In this document: one piece after another, positions 26,451 to 39,464 of the stretch
Numbering within the stretch: position 1 is the first letter of the stretch
Layout of the letters: each line of letters starts with the position of its first letter
NCBI RefSeq assembly: GCF_036321535.1
Contig: NC_087437.1
Coordinates: 30,258,001-30,322,000, forward strand
Source: Camelus dromedarius
Taxonomy: Eukaryota
Direction of reading: 5' to 3'
DNA length: 64,000 nt
Program-made: the position numbers and the translations under genes
The notes under the pieces: model-generated
What the model was told of the DNA's origin: nothing
What the model saw: the letters and a program-made list of their open reading frames with translations, nothing else
Databases searched by the model: none

Positions 26451-27778
26451 TTTTTTTAATTGAAATATAGTTGGTTTACAATATTCTGTCAATTTCTGGT
26501 GTACAACATAGTGATTCAGTTTTATATATGTGTGTGTGTATGTATGTATGTATATATATATTCCTTTTCATATTCTTTTTCATTATAGGCTATTACAAAG
26601 TATTGAATATAGTTCCCTGTGCTGTACAGTCGGACCTTGTTGTTTATCTGTTTTATATATAGCAGTTAGTATCTGCAAATCCTGAGCTCCCAATTTATCC
26701 CTTGACTCTTCCTTTTCCCCTGGTAACCACAAGTTTGTTTTCTGTGTCTGTGAGTCTGTTTCTGTTTTGTAAATAAGTTCATTTGTGTCATTTTTCTGGA
26801 TTCCACATCTAAGTGATATCATATGGTATTTTTTCTTTCTCTTTCTCACTTACTTCACTTAGTATGATAATCTCCAGGTGCATCCATGTTGCTGCAAATG
26901 ACATTATTTTATTATTTTTTATGGCTGAGTAGTATTCTACTGTATAAATATACCACAACTTCTTTATTCCTTCATCTGTCTGTGGACATTTAGGTTTCTT
27001 CTATGTCTTGGCTACTGGAAATAGTGCTACTATGAACATTGGGGTGCATGTGTCTTTTCAAATTAGAGTTTTCTCTGTATATATGCCCAGAAGTGGGATT
27101 GCTGGGTCATAGAGTAAGTCTGTTTTTAGTTAAGGAATTTCCATACTGTTTTCCATAATGGCTGCATCAAAATACATTCCCACCAACAATGTAAGAGGGT
27201 TCCAATTTCTCCACAGCCTCTCTGTCATTTATTGTTTGTGGACTTTTTAATAATGACCATTCTGACTGGTCCCATTTGTTTATTTTTGCTTTTATTTCTA
27301 TTACCTTGGTAGACTACCCTTGGAGAACATTGCTAAGATTTATGAGAGAATGTTTTGCTTATGTTTTCTTCTAGGAGTTTTATAGTGTCTTGTCTTATGT
27401 TTTAAGTCTTTAAGCCATTTTGAGTTTATTTATGTATGGTGTGACAGGGTGTTCTAACTTCATTGATTTACATGTGGCTGTCCAGTTTTCCCAACACCAC
27501 TTGCTGAAGAGACTATCTTTACTCCATTGTGTTTTCTTTCCTCTTTTGTCAAAGATTAATTGACTGTTGGTCTTTGGGTTTATTTCTGGGCTCTCTATTT
27601 TGTTCCATTGATCCATATGTCTATTTTTGTGCCAATACCATGCTGTTTTTATTTACTGTAGCTCTGTAGTATTGTCTGGAGTCTGGGAGGGTTAGTCCTC
27701 CAGCTTTATTCTTTTTCATCAGTATTCCTTTGGCAGTTCTGGGTCTTTTGTGATTCCATGTAAATTTTAGGATTATTT
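26451..27778 (-). mobile_element. Relatively young L1, 5'-truncated, with an internal deletion at 27270/27271
   Basis: ORF 27410-27616 gives [23 protein letters not shown]...[12 protein letters not shown] (L1 ORF2); poly-T at left; TSD-like TGAGCTTTCT (26441-26450) and TGACCTTTCT (27779-27788). Confidence 0.95.
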
Positions 27779-28719
27779 TGACCTTTCTAACATCTATAAA
27801 AACCCTTCTAGATTGTGGATGGGTTTACCATTTTAAAAATAAAATGGCTTATGATTGCTATTTAAGCTTTTCTTATTTTACCCACCCTTTCAGAAAAAAA
27901 TCAGCAAAAAAGCCTATGAAAAGTCTCTGTGAAGAGCAGAAGGGAGGATGGGAAGGAGGGAGGGAGGGAAATAGATATGAGAATTAAATGGGAGGTTTAT
28001 ATTGTAATATAGAGCTATATTTTTCCTGCTATAAAGCTATTATTTATAACTTCCCATTTATTATTTACTCTCTGGAATGAAGATTCTGATTTAACATTTC
28101 CTCTTTGAATGTCTTTTGTCAGTAATCAAGCCAACTTGAGATGATTGCCCTGAATAAAGTATAGTCTGTTAATTTGGAATTAATTGTGAAAAGACATGAG
28201 ATGCTATGAAACAGTTCCCTTCTTTAATATAACTGGAAGAAATAAAGCAAATCACAGAAAATTCAATCCATAATAGGCTGCCCAAAGTCCCCAAAGGGCA
28301 ATCTATTTTTATCCTCCAGTGTGTATTACATGTGCTGAACTTTTAAAAATATCATCAGAAATAGATACTTATTTTTAGCTTTATTTTGCCAGAAAGAATA
28401 TCTCTCTTTGTATTTTCCAATTCAACATTCTTTAAAAAAATTCACCTTTCCTATTTCTGCGTCATTACATCAGTTTTCAAATGCAATCAAGCTACCATTA
28501 CTTAAGGCCTGATTAGCAAATTCTATTACTCCTGTTCTCCTTTCACTCCTCCATGTCACCCCGTGAACACTGCTATCATTTGATGAAAAGGGAGAGAAAT
28601 ATGCAGTCAAACATTAATCAGTCTAATCTGCAGCTTCAACTCTCCTAGCAAAATATTTAGTGTGGAGGACTTTGAAACTAATGATGAAAGTTAAAAAACC
28701 AAACCGAGATAACTTGTCT

Positions 28720-30062
28720 TCAATAGGAACAACATGTGTAAAGAACCCCTACAACTCGACAGTAAAAAGAAAAATAACCCAGTAGAAAAATAGGCAAAAG
28801 TTTTGAATAGATGTTCCTCCAAAAGATATACAAGTGGCCAGTAGGCACATGAAAAAGTACTCAGTATCTTTAGTCACTAGGGAAATACAAATCAACGCCA
28901 CAATAGGATACTATTTCATACTTACTATGGTGGCTAAAATTAAAAATACAGACAATGATAAGTGTTGATAAAGATGTGAAGAAATTGTAACCCTCATGCA
29001 TTGCTGGTAGGATTGTAAAATGGAGCAGCCACTTTGGAAAACAGTTTGGTAGTTCCTCAAAATATTCATCATACATCCAAGCAAATATATTCTTAAGTAC
29101 ATAAATGCACACTTCAAAGATATTGTAGATTCTGTTCCAGAGCACTGCAATAAAGTGAATGTTACAATAAAGCAAGTCACCGGAATTTTTTTGGTTTCCC
29201 AGTGCATATAAAAGTTATATTTATGCTATACTATAGCCTATGAAGTATGCAATAGCATTATAGCTTAAAAAATGTACAAACCTTAATTTAAAAATACTTT
29301 ATTGCTTAAAAATGCCAAAACAATTACAATAGTAACGTCATAGATCACCATAACAAATATAATAATAATGAAAAAGTTTGATATATTCTGAGAATTACCA
29401 AAATGTGTCACAGAGACATGAAGTGAGCAGAGGCTGTTGGGAAAATGGCACCAACAGACTTGATCCATACAGGGTTGCCCCAAACCTTTAATTTGTAAAA
29501 AACACAATATCTGTGAAGCACAATAAAACAAGGTATGCTTATACCAAAGTAAAATGATAATATATGTTAACAATGAAACTTGTACACAGATGTTTATAGC
29601 AACATTAATTATAATATAGTAAGTCAAAACAATCTAAATATTCACCAACTGATAAATGAAAAAAAATAATTTGGTATATCCGCACAAAGGAATGTTATTT
29701 AGCAATAAACGGGAAAGACTGATAGGTGCTACTGCATGGATGAACTTGAAAATATTGTACTAAATTAAAGAAGCCAGCCACAAAAGACCATATAATGTAT
29801 GATTTCATTTATATGAAATGTCCAAATTGGGCAAAGCTATAAAGACAGTATAGTAAGTTAGTGGTTGCTTAGGTTTTAAGGGTGGATGGTGGGGAGTGAC
29901 TCCTGATTGGTACAAGATTTCTTTGGGGGGATGATGAAAATGTTTTAAAGTTAGATTGTGTTGACTTTTGTACCACTCTGGATATACTAAAAAACATTTT
30001 ACACTTTAAATGGGTGAATTTTATGATATGTGGAATGTATCTCAATTAAAATGTTTAAAAAG
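28720..30062 (+). mobile_element. L1 (L1MB-like) 3' end, interrupted by a Tigger element at 29104-29541
   Basis: Same L1 blocks as 1-945; the L1 sequence is continuous across the insert (tcttaagtacata | ccaaagtaaaatga). Confidence 0.88.
29104..29541 (+). mobile_element. Non-autonomous Tigger1 deletion derivative (TcMar DNA transposon, Tigger1a-like)
   Basis: Tigger1-like left arm gatattgtagattctgttccagagcactgcaataaag...tggtttcccagtgcatataaaagttat and right arm ...gcacaataaaacaaggtatgctta; flanked by TA at 29102-29103 and 29542-29543. Confidence 0.88.
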
Positions 30063-30310
30063 AGGAAGTAAAGAAAGAATATATTTCTGAAAAGGAATTC
30101 AATGGTCTTATTGAAAATAAGACAGCTGGTGTTGCAGGGGCACTGATTATCAGAACAGAAGCTGGCTTCAGATCTGCTAGGTCCTAGAGTTCTCCTCCTA
30201 GTACAGCCATTAACTAGTTATTGGATATTTGGATATTCTGGGAACTGTGAAGAAAAGGTAGGTTTTCCAGGGACTTGGGGCTGAAGTAATTTTGCCAACG
30301 TACAAAAATA

Positions 30311-31144
30311 TAGGTTCATAATCCTTAGTCTGAACTCTGGAGACAGATGTGCTTCAGAATTCAGAATTTTTTATTTTTAAAAAAATACTATGGCTTCTGT
30401 GTGTAACTATCAATTTATAGAAAATGCAGAGGTCCAAAGAATATGTTAAACTTCTTTATGAGGATAACAATCTACAAGACTTAGACTGTGGAACACTCTA
30501 TAAGACAAAAGCCTATTTATTCTCTAATACATATCTAAAAGGTTTAAAAAAAAGATGGGGAGGAAGTTGTTTAGAAAAGACTTCAGACATATCAACCAGT
30601 GACAATTGTGTGGACCTTGTTGGGGTCTTGACTATAATTAATAAATTGTGAAATTAAACTATGACATTCTTGAACATACGGTTCATGCTATGTGGTGATA
30701 TTAAGGAATTACTGTTAACATGGTGACTTAGAATTCCTTCAAAACAACATAATAGAGAGGAAGTAGTCATGGTATAGATGAAACAAAATTGGCCATAAAT
30801 TGAGATTTTTTAAAGCTGGGTGATGGGTACATGGGAGTTAATTATAATATTACATTCCTTTTTAAATGAATTTGAAATTTTCCATTATTAAAGTGTAAAA
30901 GAAATAAAAGATAATATGATATAGATTATGCATACCTGCAGCCCAGCAGCCTCTGGAAACAGCATCTAGAAATCAAAATTATTATTATTTCTGCAACAAA
31001 ATAATATTCACTGTAAGTGAGAAGAATAAAGATTATCAATGGTTTTGTATCCAATTGAGTCTTTGCTGCCAGATAAGTTACATAAGGACTCAAATGTTCA
31101 GAAAATTTTGATTTAGAAATTTTGGATAAGGGACTGTGATCCTG
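30311..31144 (+). mobile_element. Ancient Tigger-type non-autonomous DNA transposon, split by an L1 fragment
   Basis: Degenerate terminal inverted repeats taggttcataatccttagtctgaa and tttggataagggactgtgatcctg; preceded by TA. Confidence 0.65.
30395..30905 (+). mobile_element. Old L1 (L1MC/L1ME-like) 3'UTR fragment
   Basis: gatgaaacaaaattggccataaattga...aagctgggtgatgggtacatgggagtt...tttgaaattttccattattaaag, then an A-rich end. Confidence 0.75.
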
Positions 31145-31239
31145 TGATTTCAGTACTTTAATATTCAGCACAGCAGTAGTAGTGCTCATTTACTAACTAT
31201 GAGCCCTGTGTTACAGCAGAAAAGAGTCATACGGTTTCC

Positions 31240-31530
31240 TCCACATGAGATTCGTCTGGTTAACTCCTGTTTACTCTTCAGGCGTCAGCTTCAGTGTCTT
31301 TGGCTCATGGAGGCTCTTCTGGATCATTATGTTATGTTAGAGGCCCTGCCACATACTCCTATAGGCCAAACACTCGCCCTGTCATGACATTCAACCTTGT
31401 TTTAACTGCTTATCTTTGTTAAATTGCCTATCTGTGCTGCTAAATTGTAAGCTCAGAGGTCAAAGGTCCTAGTTCATCACTGTTTCCTAGCACCAAGTAC
31501 CGTGCACTTAGAGTGATAAGGAACTTACAC
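31240..31530 (+). mobile_element. LINE-2 3' fragment
   Basis: aaattgtaagctc...gttcatcactgtttcctagcaccaagtaccgtgc. Confidence 0.55.
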
Positions 31531-32509
31531 AGTGGTGACAACTAATTGCTAACAAGGCTTCCATGTCCTGCCAACACTCAGTACTTGAGTACAACATATA
31601 AACACACAGACTTTATAGATACTTAGACACACACATGAACTTATGGTGATATCTTTTAGTATTTTCTTCAGGAGGTTGGGCATCAGCCTAATAACTGTAT
31701 TAGTAATGAGGCCAGAACATTTTTTTATTATACACAATGTAAAGGTCAGTCCCTTTCTATCTTAAGTGTAATTATAACAAATTCTGAGTTGAACTTGAAT
31801 TTGAATTAATAAAAATTGCCTCAGAAAAAAGAGCCATAAGTAAACTCTTTGAAGTGATTTTGATGACAACTACAAAATGAGCATCTTCAATCATAATCCA
31901 GTCTCTCAAACCTCAGTCGAGTTCCCAGTGCTGCCCTCAATTCTTTCCTTTTTACCCTTGGTCCATTTTCCTTCCCTTTGTCTGCAATTGTTATTTGAAA
32001 CTTCATTTTACCCTCCTCTTAATGCACCCTTACATGTTTTCAGATTTTGAGAAAAGGATTTAACATCCTACATAACCAAGAAAGAATCCGTTATCAGAAT
32101 CTTACCTCTCCTCCTACCTCTGCTGATACCTTAGCAAGCCTCCCCTGCCCCTCCCCCATCCAAGGCTGTCCTCCCACAGCACCCTGTGCTTACTAATCAC
32201 AGATGAATTCACAATCTATTAACATAGATTAGGGCATAGATTAGGGCATAACAGAATTGTCGTACAGTATTTAACTTAAATGAATTAAACACTTTGTCAT
32301 TAGCAAGGCAAGCAAGCAAATAGTCACCACCCCTTCCCCAACAAAACCAGACCTCCCCAAAAGGCTATTGTAATTTGCATAATCTGCCCCTTAACTGAAA
32401 AACAACTACTTCATTTGGTATGTAATTGGCCTATTTCAACGCTAAGAAAAGGCAAAACAAACTGAATTAGGCTGAGAGTTGGTGCAGGATAAACACATTG
32501 ATAATTGTT

Positions 32510-33490
32510 ATGCTTTATAGATGAATTAAGTGTCTTCAAAGAGATCTACCCAACCCTCCTCATCCTCTGACTTTTTTCTTGCTAAAAGAATGCAGTTATT
32601 GGGAAGTCATGGGTTTCATGCCTGCCTTCCTAGCACTAGGTATCAACTTTGGTCTAAGCCATTTGTGGTAATTCCCTTCCCCTTGGCTGTGATTGGTTTC
32701 AGCCTGAATGTGTGATAAAGTCCTCATTAGTGACAGGTAAAGGAAATCTGTTGGGGACCTTGTGGAATTGTTTAGATGTATGACAGCAGATGATGTCCGG
32801 AACTGCTATAACAAAATTTAAACATGGGGATGTTGCTGATAGAACAGAGAGGTAGAAGGAACTGGGTCCTGGATGATATCAGTGTGCTAAAAGATTGTCC
32901 AACCCTAGTTCTGTGAAGAAAAAGCCCGGCTGGTCTAACAAGATAACTCACAAGTCTAGGAATGTGAAGGAGAGGCTGGGCTGGGCTAACAAGATAACTC
33001 ACAAATCTAAATATCGGAATACTGATCTGAGTTCTGCTGGACTAACTTGTAAATCTAAGTTAATTAGTGTTGGTTTGCTGTTCATGTTTTTTTGCTAGCC
33101 ACCTGGATTTTCGAAGATATATATCTGGCTTTGGAATGTTGGTTTGCTGTCTCCCTGCCTCCACTTTTGTGATAATGGTGCTGCTAAAGCTCTTCCATGC
33201 CTATTGGCCGAATACCCCAAGCTTGTACTTTACCCTGTAAAACCTCATGGGCATGTCTTGGAGGTGCTCGGAGCTTCGGAGCAGAAGCCCCTCTGAGCCC
33301 GCCGGCGTAATACATCTGAGTACTCCAACCCTCTGAGTGGTGCTTGTTTCTTGGCTGGCCTGTCGTTTCCATAACATTTCTACTCTTCCTCCGGAATTCT
33401 GGATTTATGATATTAAAAAAACATTTTATTATTTGCACTGCTTTAGTCAGGTCATCTGCCAATTTGCAGCTAAGAACGTTCCACCTGACT
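32510..33490 (+). mobile_element. Ancient ERVL/MaLR-class LTR, interrupted by a younger LTR
   Basis: ggtctaagccatttgtggtaattcccttccccttggctgtgattggtt on the left; 3' end ...tttagtcaggtcatctgccaatttgcagctaaga resumes after 33376. Confidence 0.6.
32912..33376 (+). mobile_element. Young solo LTR (465 bp, probably ERV1 class)
   Basis: TG...CA termini; 4-bp flanks GTTC / TTTC (one mismatch); retained CpGs; ATTGG box, TGTAAAA TATA-like element, AATACA poly(A)-signal variant; 51-bp duplication at its 5' end. Confidence 0.8.
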
Positions 33491-33494
33491 AAAA

Positions 33495-36080
33495 AAAGAC
33501 TTTTAAAAAGTAAATGTTTTCATACTTACAGATAATTTTCATAAATTATCCAGAAAAAAATGCCATATAACTTTACTCACATTCAAATATTAATCATGTT
33601 ACCACACTTGCTTTCTCATCCTCTCTTCTTGTATATATTTATGTATGTGTATGTATGTATGTATGTGTGCATGTGCATATTTATATACATGTGTAAAAAA
33701 CATTTTTCTGTCCTTTTGAGAGTAAATTGTACACATCATGCCTCTTTTCCTATAAATAAAAATATCTCTTAAATAACCTCAATACAAATCTCCAAAATCA
33801 GGATATTATTTTTGGTATAGAACTATTATTGAATCCATAGATCTTACTCAGTTTTCATGATTTTTTCATGAATGCTTTTATTAGCAAAATAAAATAAGTA
33901 ATTTGATGGTCCTAGATCCAATCCAGGATCACAAATGCCCATATGTCTTTAGTCTCCTTCAGTCTGGAACAGTTTCTTAGCCTTTCTTTGTCTTTCATGA
34001 CATTGACTCCTTTGAAGAATGAAGGGCAGGTATTCTGTAGAATGTTCTTTAATTTGAGCTTGTCTGATGTTTCCTTATAATTAAATTTAGGTTATAAATT
34101 TTTGGCAAGAGTACCATGAAAATGACATATTGTCCTCCTCTACACATCCTATCAGATTATATTAAGATTCATGATATCTGTCTATCTCATTTCTGCTAAT
34201 GTTAATGTTAATCATTTGGTTAAGGTGATGTCTCGAAGTTTCTCTGCCTTAGTTGCTCTCTTTCCATTTGAAATTACTAATTTATTAAGAGATATGTCAT
34301 GGCCATGTAAATATTCTGTTTATCATCAAATTTCCTCTTACTAGTTTAGCCTGCAATAATTATTTCTTGAATCAATTATTATACTGTTTGACAAATGATA
34401 ATTTTCTAAATTCTATCATTTTGCGTTTACTGGTTGGTGTTCTACTGTATGGGAGAGCTTTTCCTTTTCCCCTGATTGTATATTTATCTATATGTTTATA
34501 TTTGTATGAACTCATAGATTCAAATGCTATTTAATAGTAATTATTTTTTGGTCAATTTTGTCCCATACTAGCCAGTGAGAGCCTGTTTAAACTTGCTCCT
34601 CTGTCTTTTGACATGTTGTCATTATTTTTTTATTATTATATTACACCTTAGTTTTGGACACAAAAAGATGTTTCAGGTTGATCTCGTGTTTTATCAGCCC
34701 CACCCTGCCCTCAGCTCTTTCTCCAAAGAGTGGCTCCTTTCAGTGGAGAATGGTATTTGGAAAGCAAGATGTAGGCATTAAATTCATCTCATTGCTGCCG
34801 AAATGTCATTGCACCTAGACGTATTAAATCCACCTGTATATATTAAAAGCCATGAATTCATTCTGATAACTCAAACTCTGATTCAACACAACAGGGTTTA
34901 TTTCAGCCTTCCCTTTTTCCTCTGACAATGAGAAACCTCAGTCCCATTATACATATATTTATCTGCTCAATCTTACAATACATATTAAGGGACTCAGAAT
35001 TGTTAACTTACTGTGAAAAACAAACCTGGTAATTAGAATTCAATATTGGGTTATAGCTCTTTTTATCTTTAGCTAGAAGTTATATAACCAGATTATCATT
35101 TTTCAAATGTTACTTACCTTGACTCTTTCCACCACTCCCCTCTCTTCGGGGTGGTTGTGTGACTCACTCAAAATAGACTTAGACTTACTTGTTCTAATTA
35201 TATTCTATATTTGGAGTTTTCTCCTTTTCTTCTTCTTCTTTTTTTTTTTTTTTTGTTTGTTTAGGGCTTTTTTATGTTTGTAAAACATAACATGATTCTA
35301 AAAGTCAAATCTTTGCCCAAAGTGATGTTCAGAGAAATGTCACTACTCCTACCCTTCTACCCCATTCTTTCTTCTCATCCTTTATACTCTTCCTCACTTA
35401 TATCCTATAGGCAACTGATCTTGTTCGTTTCTTGGTTAAGCTTCCTATGTTTCTTTTTGCCCAATGAGCAGATGCATGTACTCTTATTTCTCAGCCTTTC
35501 TTAAACAAAGATAGTAACTATAGCTACTCTTGTACTTTGCATTTATTTACTTAAGATTTCTGAAGTCACTGTGATAGAGATCTTACTCGTTCTTTTTTAT
35601 AGTTGCTTAGGATGCCATTGTATGGATATACCATTGTTCATCCAACAATACTCCTGTGTGTGGCAGTTAGATTCTTTACAATATTTTGCAAATAAAAACA
35701 GTGCTATAATGGATAACTTCGTGCATATAATACATTCTTATTACAGAAGCGTGCATCCTCAGAGTAAATTCCTAAAAGTGAAATTTCTGGACCAAAACGT
35801 AAATGCATATGTAGTTTTGTTAGATATTGCCAAATTTCCTTCCAAAAAAGTTTATTACCTGTTTAATTTCTGCCAGCAGTGAATAAGCGTACCTATAGCC
35901 TCACAAACATGATGCATTATCTGACATTTTAATTTTTGACAATGTGCTAGGTAAAAATGGTAGGTGAAAAACAGTGCATCTTTATTTTGCATTTTACTAA
36001 GTATAAATGAGTTTGATCATCCTTTCATATGTTTAAGGGCTATTATTATTTGTGTAAATTTTCTGTTCATATTTCTGCCC
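33495..36080 (-). mobile_element. Old L1 3'UTR and ORF2-end fragments (L1MC/L1ME-like), fragmented
   Basis: gatccaatccaggatcac, ctggaacagtttcttagcc, gggcaggtattctgtagaatg, ttttgttagatattgccaaatt resemble antisense ancient L1 3' sequence. Confidence 0.75.
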
Positions 36081-36369
36081 GTTTACTCTTAGTCTTTTAA
36101 TAAAACATACAAATATACAAAAAGTATATATTACAAAATATATTTTAAACATAACAAACAAATCTTCATTTTGCACACTAACTTGAAATCATAACTTTTA
36201 CAGAAATGACATGTGTATAAGATTTGTCTTCCTCTATCAGTATTTACAAAAATCTCCTTAATTGAGTTATAATTTAGATATAATGAAATCTGTATAATTC
36301 AGTTTCAACATATGTATGTAACATATGTGTATAGTTTATATAACTATGACCACATGAAATTTTCATCAC

Positions 36370-37830
36370 CAAACCTCTAATTTCCCTTTTGGCTCCCCTG
36401 TGATATTTGGAAGCATGGTCATATTTGAGGATTTTAGATATATTTTTATTGATTTCTAATTTAAATTCATTATGATCAGGGAACATATTCTGTATAATAT
36501 CAACCCTTCAAAAATTTCTGACTTGTGTTAGGGATCAGTGTATGCTTGATCTTGGTGAGTGATCTATGTGCACTTGAAAAGAATGTGTATTCTGCTCTTC
36601 TTAGGTGGACTGTTTTGTATACCTTAATTAGGCTGATTTTTTTGATGCAGTTGTTCAACTTTTCTGTAGTCCTACTGATCTTCTATCTACCTGTTTTATG
36701 TTACAAAGAAAAGAATATTTAATGTCTATTTTTCCTTTTTCCTTTTAGTTTATGTCATTTAATAAGATTTTAAGGTCCCCAAACTCCCTTATGTACCATT
36801 ACTTCTTGCTAAATTTACTCCTATATATAGGAGTAAATGGAATGTGTAACTCTCCTCATATGTCAATGGCTAGTGTAGAAAAAAGCTATTGTTTTCTGCA
36901 GTTTTTCTGGTCTCCAGCTTCTTTGCTCAATTCTTTTATTAATTCTGACAGTTTTATTTTTACTTATTTTCTCATGAATTTTCTAGGTAAATCCATCGTA
37001 CTACATCAGCAATAAAAGACAAATTTATATTGTCTTTTCCGATATTTATGTCCATTTCCGTCTTCTTGTCATATACATTTGCAAAAATTTCCAAAACAGT
37101 GTTGAATAATTAATATTAAAAGGGAGCAACTCATTTATTTTTGATAGTAAAGACAAATTTTAGTTATCAAACTTCAGAATGATAGTTTGATTTTGAGTTT
37201 GAGTTTATGTTCTTTATCATAGGACTTTTACTCCCATTTAATAGAAAATTTATTTTTCAGAATTTATTGAGATGGGTATATGTTTTTATTTTAACTTGTT
37301 AATAAATTTTCTTATATTAAGCCCACTTGTTTAATAGTGTCTTATTCATTCAACATTTTGCTGAATTGTATTTTTATATAATTCTTAAGATTTTTACTTA
37401 CACCATACAAGGGAAATTGGACTATAGGGGTTCTGTCTCCCATTCCAGTTTTGTTACATTTTGGTATGATCATAAATCAATTGAAGATATTTTTATCTTT
37501 TTCTAGCATCTGGAATAGTTTAAATTAATTTGGAATAATCTTTTTTTAAAGGTAGTTAAAACCCACTCATGAAATTATCTAATCCTCGTATCTCTTTTAG
37601 TGTTAAAATTTCATTTACTCTTTCAATCTTTTCCATGCTAATTGGGTTACCAAGTGTTCTACTTTTCCTTAGGTCAATTTTTGTAATTAATATTTTTAGA
37701 AATAAGCCATTTCCTCCAGAATATCAAATCTTTTCTTATAAAATTGCATGTAGAATTCTATTAAGCCTTTCCATAGTTATGTTATTTCTTTATTTTGAAT
37801 GTTTTTATCTTTTTCTTTATTAAAACTCAG
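36370..37830 (-). mobile_element. Old L1 ORF2 fragments (endonuclease/RT region)
   Basis: ORF 36274-36486 begins MFPDHNEFKLEINK, like the L1 endonuclease end SDHNGIKLEIN; gtgcacttgaaaagaatgtgtattctgct. Confidence 0.7.
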
Positions 37831-38208
37831 AAAATATGTAATTCCTTCTTAGCTTCTCTCTCTCTCCACTTTCTACCATACTACTTTTCTAATTTCTACT
37901 TACACATTTTCTCTTTTACCTTAGTCTGTAAAACTCCTTTTATTGCATTCTTTTGCTTTACATTCATAACTACACACAAAAATACACCATGCATGCCCAC
38001 AGACAAAATGTTTTGAGAGTTAACAATAAACATTACTAGCCTGTCTTTCAGACATCTTAACGGCTCCCTGTAAGTTGGTCTTAAAAGTATCAGAGATATA
38101 ACTTATTCAGAACTATGTCTGTGGGCTTTGTTTTCCATATCTTTACTTGCTTTATGACTTACTTCATCTTTTCTTATCTGAGAAAATGCACTCTTAACAT
38201 CAGAGGTC

Positions 38209-38908
38209 CAGGACTTAGCAAACTGTTGTTGACAACTCAAATCCAGCCTACTATTTGTGTCTTTTATTAGCTGTAAACTAAAAATAATTTTTACATTTTT
38301 AATAGTGAAAAAAATCAAAAGAACTATAATATTTTATGACATGAAAAATTATGTAAAATTCAAATTTCATTATCTATAAAAATTTATTAAAACTGTAGAA
38401 AAATGTGTTATTGAAAATATACATTGTCTACATCCTTTTGGCTTATAAAACTCTAGAACTTTCATTTACGTTGAAGCTATCTTGCAACTCTTTGTAAGTT
38501 GTAGATGCTGATAGGCATGCAAACCTGTCTTGTCCAGTAAAGTTTTGATTGACTTCTTATTCCTTCATGAAAAAAAATTTTTTACTTCCATTTGCAATTC
38601 AGTTCATTTACTCCATATGAATTGGTGCTTCTTCACTTTTTCTTTCCCTTTGAACTATTTGTATTCCCTCATATATGTAGAATAAAATCCTTACACATGT
38701 TTATTTTTATATCTAAGAGTTATAAGTTTGCCTTTTCTGAAAGTGACTTTTAACAGAACACACCTCACTCCTCCATCTCTTTGTTGTCTGTGGCTGCTCT
38801 CGTGCTACAGAAGCAGGGTGGAATAGTTGCAACAGAGACCATATGGTGTGCAGAGCCGAAAATGTTTACTATCTGTCCCTTTTTTGCAGAAAAAGTTACC
38901 AACTGCTG
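38209..38908 (+). mobile_element. MER58B-like hAT-Charlie DNA transposon, split by a ~360 bp insert (38390-38750)
   Basis: Left arm caggacttagcaaact...aaaattatgtaaaattcaaatttc; right arm gtctgtggctgctctcgtgctaca...gcaacagagaccatatgg...gaaaaagttaccaactgctg. Confidence 0.8.
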
Positions 38909-39445
38909 GTCTACATCATACATCAAGGGTTCCAGTAAGGAGCCTGTCTTTCAACAGCTTTCTGATATTTTACAATGCTGAAGTTACACATTTAGTTTTT
39001 ATCCTCAGTGGTACCAAAGAAAGCATCTGATGTTAAAAATGCAGACTAAATTGAGTATATTTATGTCCAGGTGTAGACATTAGTATTTTAAAAATTCGTA
39101 TCTTTTGACTGAATCATAAACCTTTTAACTGGTTTTTTTAAAAAAGTGTAAACTGATTCCTATTGAGTGGAAGAGTCCATTCAGTTGTCTGGGCCTGCCT
39201 TTTCCAGGAGCAAATAGAACAAGTTAGATTGGAAGACTTCAAGGTCATTCCCTGTATTATCATGTTTTTGAAATAATGTTAAATTCAGAAAGACTATTAA
39301 AGAACGAATTGGGTTATTGTTAAAATTTTATCCTGTTCTCAATAAACGTTGATTTCCTTGGGTGGATATTTTGAGATTCAATTCCAAAGGGTTTTATATA
39401 CCTGGACAAGAAAGCTGCTTGCTTTTTTGGTGAAAAACATGATTG

Positions 39446-39464
39446 TCACCACTAGAGGGAGCTA
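39446..39464 (+). promoter_or_regulatory. CTCF binding motif
   Basis: tcaCCACTAGAGGGAGCta in unique sequence; one core deviation from consensus. Confidence 0.55.

Noticed and set aside
27410..27616. ORF with real protein similarity
   Set aside because: Fragment of L1 ORF2 in a 5'-truncated, internally deleted copy; not a functional CDS.
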